From Oligoflexus sp. (lineage in GTDB: Bacteria > Bdellovibrionota_B > Oligoflexia > Oligoflexales > Oligoflexaceae), in NCBI GenBank assembly GCA_041736305.1, contig JBGSTX010000079.1, positions 1 through 11,187 of the forward strand: a stretch of 11,187 nucleotides of DNA, read 5' to 3'. Shown here in pieces: positions 1-6,377 of this stretch. Both the position numbers and the translations under genes were made by a program. Within the stretch, counting starts at the first letter, position 1. Every line of letters begins with the position of its first letter. Under the pieces are notes generated by a model, which had not been told where the DNA came from, did not search any database, and saw nothing but the letters and a program-made list of their open reading frames with translations.

Positions 1-1
1 C

Positions 2-727
2 CACCATGAACACTGGCTAAAAGACTCTTACGATGGTACCAATACTTACAACTTACCTTTCCGCACGCTGTGGACCAACATATCCACCCACTTCAAAAAC
101 TATCCAGCTCTTTTGATGTTCGAAGTCTTAAACGAGCCGGATGGAGCGCTAGGTGAATGGGGTGGCGCTGTGATTCCCTCAGATCCCACAGCTATTAGCT
201 ACACTCGTCAGTTGAATCAGGTAGGATATGAAGCGATACGCTTGACAAGTGGCAATAACAGCACCCGCATAGTCTTCTTTATGCCAAACGCCAAGGGTAA
301 CCATGATTCGCTGGATGAGGTCTATCCGAACAGCAGCTATCTTCCCGGGCTTGGCAATGACAGCTACTTGGCCGCCACTGTGAACACTTACGATCCATGG
401 AACTTCTGCGGTGACAGTGGCTCCGATAGCAACTACCCAGGCAGCGCTACGATCAGCAACGCAATAACAGCTACTATCGATCACGCGCAGACCTTAGGAA
501 TTCCTGTTCGCTATTCGGAATTCGGCGTAGGAAGAAGCGGTCTGCAGTCAGGCCGTGATACGAACAATGTAAGAGAATACTACCGCACAGTTGACCAGAC
601 GATTCTCGCGCGCGACATGGCTCCTACCTATTGGGATGACAGAGGCTGGTTTGCGCTAACCGAGTCCGATGGTAATGGCGGTTTCCAATTCGTATTTAAT
701 ATCGTGCCGACAAGCATTGCCCCTTGA
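2..727 (+). CDS. Glycoside hydrolase family 5 (cellulase/endoglucanase-like), 5'-truncated by the window edge
   Basis: The frame is open from base 2 (HHEHWLKDSY...WTNISTHFKNYPALLMFEVLNEP), so TTG at 113 is internal. GH5 motifs: xNEP acid/base (131-139), EFG nucleophile (Glu at 518-520), TYDPWNF, and C-terminal WDD. Ends with TGA at 725-727. Confidence 0.9.
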   Translation, partial: HHEHWLKDSYDGTNTYNLPFRTLWTNISTHFKNYPALLMFEVLNEPDGALGEWGGAVIPSDPTAISYTRQLNQVGYEAIRLTSGNNSTRIVFFMPNAKGNHDSLDEVYPNSSYLPGLGNDSYLAATVNTYDPWNFCGDSGSDSNYPGSATISNAITATIDHAQTLGIPVRYSEFGVGRSGLQSGRDTNNVREYYRTVDQTILARDMAPTYWDDRGWFALTESDGNGGFQFVFNIVPTSIAP

Positions 728-734
728 TAGGTTC

Positions 735-760
735 GCCCGAGCGACCCAAGTTGCTCGGGC
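735..760 (+). terminator. Stem-loop just after the GH5 gene (possible terminator or 3' stabiliser)
   Basis: GCCCGAGCGAC-CCAA-GTTGCTCGGGC is an 11-bp stem with one G-U pair, 7 nt after the stop. The U-tract is weak (CAGCTTCTCT). Confidence 0.5.
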
Positions 761-1135
761 CAGCTTCTCTCAGCATGAACCCTAGCAATCCCATCTGCAG
801 GAGAACTAAACTGCCCACCCCAAAGGGCAGTGAATGCCGCATAATGCGAAGGCGATAAGCTCTATTACAACTGACTCTAATCATGGGAAAATCGAGGACA
901 TCACTCAACTCGCACTAACTTTATTCGACTACATTTTTTCATGCCTCTTCGACTTTTCCTCCCTTGAGAAGCAAGCTTTCTCATATTGCCTTCCAAAATT
1001 CTCAGCATTTCTCACCGACTCGCTCACCGCCTCAAGTCCTCAGGCGACATCCCGATTCATTTATGGGCCTGAAGTCGCAGACTTGGCTCGACCTGAGCTC
1101 GGAGTATGTCTTCAAATCTTTCTAGAGGATCATGA

Positions 1136-1225
1136 ATGAAAAAATCGATCGCCCCCTCGTCGAGGCTTTTCTCCTCGTCGCTTTTCGCATCTTTGGTTTT
1201 CGCTTCTGCCTGTTACGAGCTTTAA
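1136..1225 (+). pseudogene. Lipoprotein signal-peptide-only ORF (29 aa): gene remnant or micro-lipoprotein
   Basis: GAGGA RBS at 1125-1129 and ATG at 1136. MKKSIAPSSRLFSSSLFASLVFASAC-YEL* has a basic N-terminus, a hydrophobic/Ser stretch and a lipobox-like ASAC, then TAA after only three more residues. Confidence 0.35.
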
Positions 1226-1458
1226 AACAAACAGGTGAAGCAGGGTTGGCTCCATACTTTATCTAGCTTGCACCTTAAATATTATCTAAGGCATTCTACG
1301 CTCGTAGCACATTGCTGCAGGTGAAGTTCATCAAGACGAATGGAGACAAACAGAAATGTGTTTCCGGTCTCAAAATACCCTAAAACTCATATCGAAAAGG
1401 AGCGGCTCGATTCGCTCGTTCCAAGGCTGAAAAAGTATCTATTAAATGGGAGTAAGTC

Positions 1459-1944
1459 ATGAAAAGAATGTCAATATATGCTGGTGTTCTCAGTGCATTT
1501 CTTCTAGCTCAAGGAGCAAACGCAGATAATGATTCGAGTGCAGACGTTGCGGTGGGATTTCAATCGACACTCAGCCAGTCTCCTGGATTGATTCTGCGGG
1601 TCAATATCGACGAACAAGGTAGGGAAGATACAGGATCGGCTATACTGCGCGTTGCGACTGAAGAGGTAAAAGGTGAAGCTGAGCTAGAAAAAGCTTTTGA
1701 AAAAGGTGCCGATACTTCAACTCAAGCTCAGGTTACTCAAGCCGATATCGATGCCGATTCTTCGACTTTTGGATTCTTCCCGATCCGCTTTAGCTTTGGT
1801 TATCAGCCATATTATTATAACTATTATCGCCCAACGTATTATCATAGCGGCTATTACTACAACTACGGGCGCCCTTACTACCACTACAACAACCACTATA
1901 GGCATCATCGCTATTACTACTATCCACGGCACTATCGTTACTGA
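1459..1944 (+). CDS. Secreted protein with an acidic N-terminal region and a Tyr/His/Arg-rich low-complexity C-terminus
   Basis: GGGAG RBS at 1448-1452. Sec signal peptide MKRMSIYAGVLSAFLLAQGANA (AxA site). The last 48 aa contain 22 Tyr, 6 His and 6 Arg. Followed by a terminator. Confidence 0.85.
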   Translation: MKRMSIYAGVLSAFLLAQGANADNDSSADVAVGFQSTLSQSPGLILRVNIDEQGREDTGSAILRVATEEVKGEAELEKAFEKGADTSTQAQVTQADIDADSSTFGFFPIRFSFGYQPYYYNYYRPTYYHSGYYYNYGRPYYHYNNHYRHHRYYYYPRHYRY

Positions 1945-1963
1945 TTTTTTATTCAAGCTCTAG

Positions 1964-2000
1964 AAAAGGCCGACCCATAGTGGGCCGGCTTCTTTTTTTT
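1964..2000. terminator. Probable bidirectional intrinsic terminator
   Basis: Stem AGGCCGACCCA-TAG-TGGGCCGGCTT (one mismatch, one G-U) with a T8 run at 1993-2000 and AAAA at 1964-1967. Lies between the convergent genes 1459-1944(+) and 2005-2502(-). Confidence 0.8.
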
Positions 2001-2004
2001 GATC

Positions 2005-2502
2005 TTAAAGGAGTTCGTTTCCACCGATGGGTAAGGCCATGAGAAATGAATGATCTTGTGTCTGAGCTGCCGAAAGCTTGAAACAGTATTTTTTAGGATC
2101 GGGGACGGTGCGCCTGGCACCTGCTTCAATGAAGTAGTAGATCCCCGTCTCTTGGTCCTGGGCCAGATAAGAGTCGGGATGAATGTGAGGACCCCTCTCA
2201 AACGAGTTGTAAAGGTCGGGGTCGACCTTCAGACAGCCATCAAAAATCCTGTGATACTGTAGCGCGTCCTGAATGAGGCGCTTTCTACCATCCATTATGA
2301 GTTCGATCCACATTCCCCTTCCCACATGGGACGTTACCACAGTTCCATTAAACTCAGGGCGTACAGCGGGCTGGGGGCGTTGCCATTCATAGGGTGCAAA
2401 AACAGAAACCTGATTCTCCTCCGAAGCATGTGCACCGCTTCCCAAAGTAATCGAGAGAGAAAAGCTTAGTAAGAGAGGGCCAAAATAAAGATTTTTCGAC
2501 AT
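2005..2502 (-). CDS. Secreted hypothetical protein with two internal ~55-aa repeats
   Basis: AAGGAG RBS upstream. Signal peptide ends ...GSGAHA. Repeat units: IELIMDGRKRLIQD...YNSFERG and YYFIEAGARRTVPD...LMALPIG. Confidence 0.8.
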   Translation of the reverse strand: MSKNLYFGPLLLSFSLSITLGSGAHASEENQVSVFAPYEWQRPQPAVRPEFNGTVVTSHVGRGMWIELIMDGRKRLIQDALQYHRIFDGCLKVDPDLYNSFERGPHIHPDSYLAQDQETGIYYFIEAGARRTVPDPKKYCFKLSAAQTQDHSFLMALPIGGNELL

Positions 2503-2585
2503 AGGCTACTCCTTTGAACGAGTTCATTTGGAATCTGCCCGATTCATGGTGGAGTGTCTATGAGCCAAAGCTAGGAAGGAGGGCC

Positions 2586-2605
2586 AAGTCAGCTTATGCT
2601 GACTT
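2586..2605. other. Intergenic perfect hairpin
   Basis: AAGTCAGC-TTAT-GCTGACTT, an 8-bp stem about 30 nt downstream of the hydrolase stop. There is no good U-tract on the minus strand, so it could be an mRNA stabiliser, a weak terminator or an operator. Confidence 0.45.
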
Positions 2606-2634
2606 TGCAAGGAGGCTTCGAATCTATCTATGTC

Positions 2635-3624
2635 TTAATAATTTGCACAGCCATTAGGGAGCGAAAAAGGCTTTTGGCTCTGCTCGGCGATTAGGCTCTT
2701 CACTTGCTCCAAGACCGGATCTTCTGTCAAAAAAGCTATATGCGGATGAACAGAACTCTTGACGAACGCGCGTGGATCGCGCGGCGTAGGAATACTCATA
2801 AGGTCGACATTTATGATAGGCAGCTTCTGCTCGGAACCTATGGAAGAGGAGGCGAGGATGCCAGAAGCTGTCTGGTAGTAGTTCTTCCAAACAGCCACGC
2901 GACAGGCCATGGCTTTCAGATCACTGTTGAAATCGACAGGAGCGCGACGGCAGCCTGCCGGCGTGATATCCGCTGGAAGGCTTTTGCTCTCCATGACTAG
3001 CCCATTCAAGTGGTCAAAAATCAGTTTAGGCTTACACTCGACTTTGCTGATGGGATCGAGCGTGACAAAGGTTTTTATCTTAAAAGGTTGCTCGGCGCCG
3101 CTTGGAAATTTCTTAACGGTCTGGTTCAGAAACTTCATGGCCGTCCAGCCACCATAGGAGTGACCTACGATATGGACGTCGGCATTTTTTAGCTCCGGCT
3201 CGCTGAGCTTACTGATGATCTTATCCATCATCTGCTCAGGGGGCAGACGCTCGACGACTTTAGGATTGGCGCTGTCAACCATGAAGGTGTTAAACGCTTC
3301 GACGTCACCCAGCGTCATCTGCTTGTTGAATTCGATAGTATAGCAGGTACTGAACACGCGATCAGGGCTCGAAGCAAAACCAGCGGAAGCTTTTGCTCGC
3401 ACTTCGTGCATCAGGCCCGGGACGTTAGTGCCCGCCAAGGGATTTGCTAGATGAACATTGTCACTGCCACAGCTCATAAATCCACCCAGCACAATCAATA
3501 CCTGCTTGGCGCTCTCTTGAGTTTCATCAGCTTTTAGATGGGAGCTCTCTAGATTTGTATGCCTACAAGCAAAGCTTAGGGCTAAAGTAGCGAGACTGAG
3601 ACTGGATAGTTTAACGATAGACAT
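2635..3624 (-). CDS. Alpha/beta-hydrolase fold lipoprotein (lipase/esterase-like)
   Basis: GAGG RBS and lipobox LSFAC (Cys20). Oxyanion-like VLGGF, nucleophile elbow GHSYG (3151-3165), TLDP after the next strand, and a candidate catalytic His in VHPH near the C-terminus. Confidence 0.85.
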   Translation of the reverse strand: MSIVKLSSLSLATLALSFACRHTNLESSHLKADETQESAKQVLIVLGGFMSCGSDNVHLANPLAGTNVPGLMHEVRAKASAGFASSPDRVFSTCYTIEFNKQMTLGDVEAFNTFMVDSANPKVVERLPPEQMMDKIISKLSEPELKNADVHIVGHSYGGWTAMKFLNQTVKKFPSGAEQPFKIKTFVTLDPISKVECKPKLIFDHLNGLVMESKSLPADITPAGCRRAPVDFNSDLKAMACRVAVWKNYYQTASGILASSSIGSEQKLPIINVDLMSIPTPRDPRAFVKSSVHPHIAFLTEDPVLEQVKSLIAEQSQKPFSLPNGCANY

Positions 3625-3682
3625 ATGGCTCTTTCCTCGGGATCTGAGATTTTGAACTTACGATCTAACTTCTGCGCTTCTC

Positions 3683-3698
3683 AGCAAGGCACATGCCA
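3683..3698 (-). promoter_or_regulatory. Sigma54 (RpoN) -24/-12 promoter for the hydrolase gene
   Basis: The minus strand reads TGGCATGTGCCTTGCT, against consensus TGGCACGNNNNTTGCW (one mismatch, correct GG-N10-GC spacing). It is 58 nt upstream of the ATG at 3624. Confidence 0.7.
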
Positions 3699-4126
3699 TA
3701 CTTTCCGAAGGTAAAATTTCCCGTTATTCCGCAACGAAACTGCTGGATGCCTGTCGCCGCCTTGAACAGCTGTCGGAGGCTACAACAGCTAGTGATCTTT
3801 TCGGGTATTAAGAGTAGGGAATCTCTTTATAGCGTGGCATTTCCATATCGCTTGAAATATTACTCGCCCAATGCAGCTCTTGCGCATAAGGCCACCCAAA
3901 CGCAAGTACCTATTCCGAATGAATAATAGCTTACTTCAAAGTCCCACCTTACGGCGCATAGCTACAGTCGTCGAACGGGAATAGCTTGGAGGTAGCCTAT
4001 CCATTGGGCTTCCAGCTCCTCGGCAGGACTACGGCGATGGCATTGCCCATGAAGAAGGACACCAGGTCATGCTTTTTGTCCAGAACGGTGCAGGTAGTCA
4101 GTAACCGCCTTACGGTGAGCACATGT

Positions 4127-4813
4127 TCAAACTTGTCTTACGGAATAAAAAGGTTCACTTTCATCCAGTGGAAAATGAAAAAAGTACGTTCGTATTGATT
4201 GATCCTGAGTGATTGTGCGGCTAGAAAAAACGGGTGTGCACGTTCCACCTGAACAACGTACAGAAGGTGTCAGGTAAAGATCGATATTCTGCTCAACTGC
4301 ATACTTACCAAGGTTCCGGCAAAAACTGTAATCTTTGGGATGAACAAGCAAGGTGTGGGTTCCGACATGCGGTCTCAGATCAGCATATTTCTCGGCTGAG
4401 AGGTCTGCCTTGAACATACGTCGAGCTTGTATGATAGGAGACTGAGAATTCTTTAGATCGTTGGCATCAATCTCAGGACGATGATAAATAGCCTCTCGAA
4501 TCGAAGTCTCCTCTTCAAGCGCCCCATACCACACCCCATAGTTTCTTTGTCCAAAGCGGCCCCAGCTCCAGATCTGCTCATCAAGGCATAGCATGCTGTC
4601 ATCGATGTGTGCGTATTGTTCAAAGCGCTGCCTCTTTGGAGCTTGGTGATCGATGCCGCTCGAAAGGTTGTCGGCGTATTCCAAAACGTACCAATCATCT
4701 TCGTCAACGAGATCATTAAAAATACTTTGGCTTGGACTGCAGGTCACAATGTTGCGATACGCCTGGATCGTTCCTCGCTCTTGAATCCTCAAGTCCAAAA
4801 TAGGAGGTTTCAT
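4127..4813 (-). CDS. RES-domain toxin (RES family NAD+ phosphorylase; MbcT/ParT-like)
   Basis: RES triad contexts YRNI (R), GRF...GVWYGALEEETSIREAIYH (E) and PSVR (S), plus DYSFCRNLG. The start overlaps the antitoxin stop (TAATG). Confidence 0.9.
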   Translation of the reverse strand: MKPPILDLRIQERGTIQAYRNIVTCSPSQSIFNDLVDEDDWYVLEYADNLSSGIDHQAPKRQRFEQYAHIDDSMLCLDEQIWSWGRFGQRNYGVWYGALEEETSIREAIYHRPEIDANDLKNSQSPIIQARRMFKADLSAEKYADLRPHVGTHTLLVHPKDYSFCRNLGKYAVEQNIDLYLTPSVRCSGGTCTPVFSSRTITQDQSIRTYFFHFPLDESEPFYSVRQV

Positions 4814-5223
4814 TATGCCGATACCCTGATCTGATCAAGAAGACGGCGTACGGTGAAGAGTCGAGTCATCGATTGTAGAGGGTCTTCGGCAATGAATTCC
4901 AAGGCAGATTTCCCATGAAACAAATCTCGCTTTGTTTTAGGCCAAGCATAGACGACTTCACGATTTTGCGGGAATAATATCCGGAGATTCTTATGAAGAC
5001 TCACCAGGTGGCTGACACGCAAGAATTTATCCGGATCTTCTGGAATCTCTGAATTCTTCTTTAAAGTAGCAAGGCGCTGACGATTTTCCTTGATGCCGAG
5101 AAGCAAAGCAATTTCTTTATTCGTTAAACTATAGTGTTCAGCAATCTTCCAAAATGCAGTGCCCAGAACCCTTTGCAACTGCTCCTGGCTGGGTAAAATT
5201 TTTTCTCTGGGGACTTGCGTCAT
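4813..5223 (-). CDS. Antitoxin of the Xre/MbcA/ParS family (Xre-like HTH plus toxin-binding domain), 136 aa
   Basis: A strong GGAGGTG RBS precedes ATG 5223, so the ORF-track start at 5433 is over-extended. Motifs: AFWKIAEHYSLTNKEIALLLG, RVSHLVSLHKNLRILF, W...FHGKSALEFI, VRRLLDQIR. Translationally coupled to the RES gene. Confidence 0.88.
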   Translation of the reverse strand: MTQVPREKILPSQEQLQRVLGTAFWKIAEHYSLTNKEIALLLGIKENRQRLATLKKNSEIPEDPDKFLRVSHLVSLHKNLRILFPQNREVVYAWPKTKRDLFHGKSALEFIAEDPLQSMTRLFTVRRLLDQIRVSA

Positions 5224-5273
5224 GGCGTCACCTCCATCGCCAGGAAAGATTATTCCCCTTATCGCGTCATGGC
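5217..5273. repeat. 10-bp direct repeat GCGTCATGGC (5217-5226 and 5264-5273)
   Basis: Two exact copies 47 bp apart, with a third GCGTCA at 5225-5230. Each full copy contains a start codon: antitoxin on the minus strand, thpR fragment on the plus strand. Confidence 0.6.
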
Positions 5274-5481
5274 TTTTTTTGCGCTTCGACTCTCTCAAAG
5301 CTGCCGCGAGGCTATCGCTGCATTTCTGCAGCCCTGGCAAAGCGCTTGGCCAAGCGCGCAGTGGGTCCACCCGGACGATTATCATCTGACGCTGCGTTTT
5401 CTGGGAGGCTTCGAAGCCAGCGCTCTTCTTCAAACGCTCTCGCCACTTAGGTATGGGTCCACCTCCGACCTCGAACCTTAG
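5269..5481 (+). pseudogene. thpR: Truncated RNA 2',3'-cyclic phosphodiesterase (2H phosphoesterase, ThpR/LigT), N-terminal part only
   Basis: MAFFALRLSQSCREAIAAF...WVHPDDYHLTLRFLG matches the ThpR N-terminus (FxAL...WVxxxxxHLTLxFLG). Only the first HxT motif is present (5383-5391). It stops after 70 aa at a TAG overlapping the channel gene's TAA. Confidence 0.75.
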
Positions 5482-6377
5482 CTGTCCTTCCGTCGGACAC
5501 TATTGCGAAGCGCTTGTAGTTCTCGTGCGAGCCGATCAAGCTCGTGTTCGAGGAATACGTCTTTACCGTGCCCCTGTTTGATGCGCTGCTGGTCAACCTC
5601 TTCCTGCATTTCCTCCATGCCTTTCATGATTACGCCGATGAAGAGGTTTAGGATAATCATCGTACCAAGGACGATAAAGATCACGAAGAATGCGGGTGCG
5701 CCGACAGGCGAGGCCTGTGGAGCCGTACACAAGTGCTTGATTGCATCATCATAGCCGAACTGGTCGCAGCCATACATCTGCGTGTGCATCAGCTCGACCC
5801 AATTTTCCATAGTCACAATTTGAAAGAGCGTGAGTAGGGATATCTGCAAATTGCCAAATCGGAATGGATCGTTTTGTCCAAAGAAAGATACGGCCAGCAC
5901 GGCAAAGACATAGAAAAATAGCATAAGGAGCACGCCGATATAGGCGATTGAGGGAACACTCTTGATAAGTGCCCCGACTATGAGCTGCAGCCGTGGCAGC
6001 GCCGTAATTAGGCGAAGTACTCGAAGAATCCGAGCTAGGCGAAATACCGTGACAAACTCTGCGTTGATGGGAACAAGGCAGATGGCGACGATAATCAAGT
6101 CAATGACATTCCATCCGTCGTTAAAGAAGTGACGCCAGTTTCTCCCATATGCACCAAGCTTCATTATGATTTCAGCAACGAAAATTCCGAGAATAATTTT
6201 ATCGAGCGCACTAAGGATGGGGCCGTATCGAGCGACCACATTCGGGTAGGTCTCAAGGCCGACGACGATGGCAGCCAGAACGATCACGCTAACGATGAAA
6301 TTTTGAAACCAGACTGCCTCGACAAGATGCTTTAGCTTAGATGTACCAGATACCTGCACAAGGCCAGCTTTCAACAA
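5478..6377 (-). CDS. Voltage-gated cation channel (BacNav/NaChBac superfamily, ion transport protein)
   Basis: GGAGG RBS with a TTG start. 6-TM pattern, FFNDGWNVIDLIIV (S2-S3), S4 with four Arg RLARILRVLR (6012-6041), P-loop TLFQIVTMENWVE, S6 ILNLFIGVIM, and a C-terminal coiled coil. Confidence 0.93.
   Translation of the reverse strand: MLKAGLVQVSGTSKLKHLVEAVWFQNFIVSVIVLAAIVVGLETYPNVVARYGPILSALDKIILGIFVAEIIMKLGAYGRNWRHFFNDGWNVIDLIIVAICLVPINAEFVTVFRLARILRVLRLITALPRLQLIVGALIKSVPSIAYIGVLLMLFFYVFAVLAVSFFGQNDPFRFGNLQISLLTLFQIVTMENWVELMHTQMYGCDQFGYDDAIKHLCTAPQASPVGAPAFFVIFIVLGTMIILNLFIGVIMKGMEEMQEEVDQQRIKQGHGKDVFLEHELDRLARELQALRNSVRRKDS

Noticed and set aside
834-1139. 101-aa ORF
   Set aside because: No convincing RBS, Ser/Phe/Leu-biased composition from pyrimidine-rich DNA, and no motif. 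Probably non-coding.
1801-1941. TAT/TAC-rich DNA as a microsatellite or CRISPR-like array
   Set aside because: There is no fixed repeat-spacer structure, and Tyr/His/Asn codons fully explain it.
1697-1963. Ile/Thr-rich (+) and Val/Ile-rich (-) ORFs that look like membrane peptides
   Set aside because: They are alternate-frame shadows of the TAT/TAC/CAC/AAC codon runs in the Tyr-rich gene.
4095-4122. Minus-strand TVRRLL peptide echoing the antitoxin C-terminus (TVRRLLD)
   Set aside because: Only six residues, with different codons and no extended similarity. Likely chance.
3693-4198. ORFs 3693-3926 and 3986-4198 (+)
   Set aside because: No recognisable features. They overlap the sigma54 promoter and the RES gene 3' end respectively.
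5224-5433. 70-aa N-terminal extension of the antitoxin in the ORF track
   Set aside because: A strong RBS sits before ATG 5223, the family domain starts after it, and the extension is the antisense of the thpR fragment.
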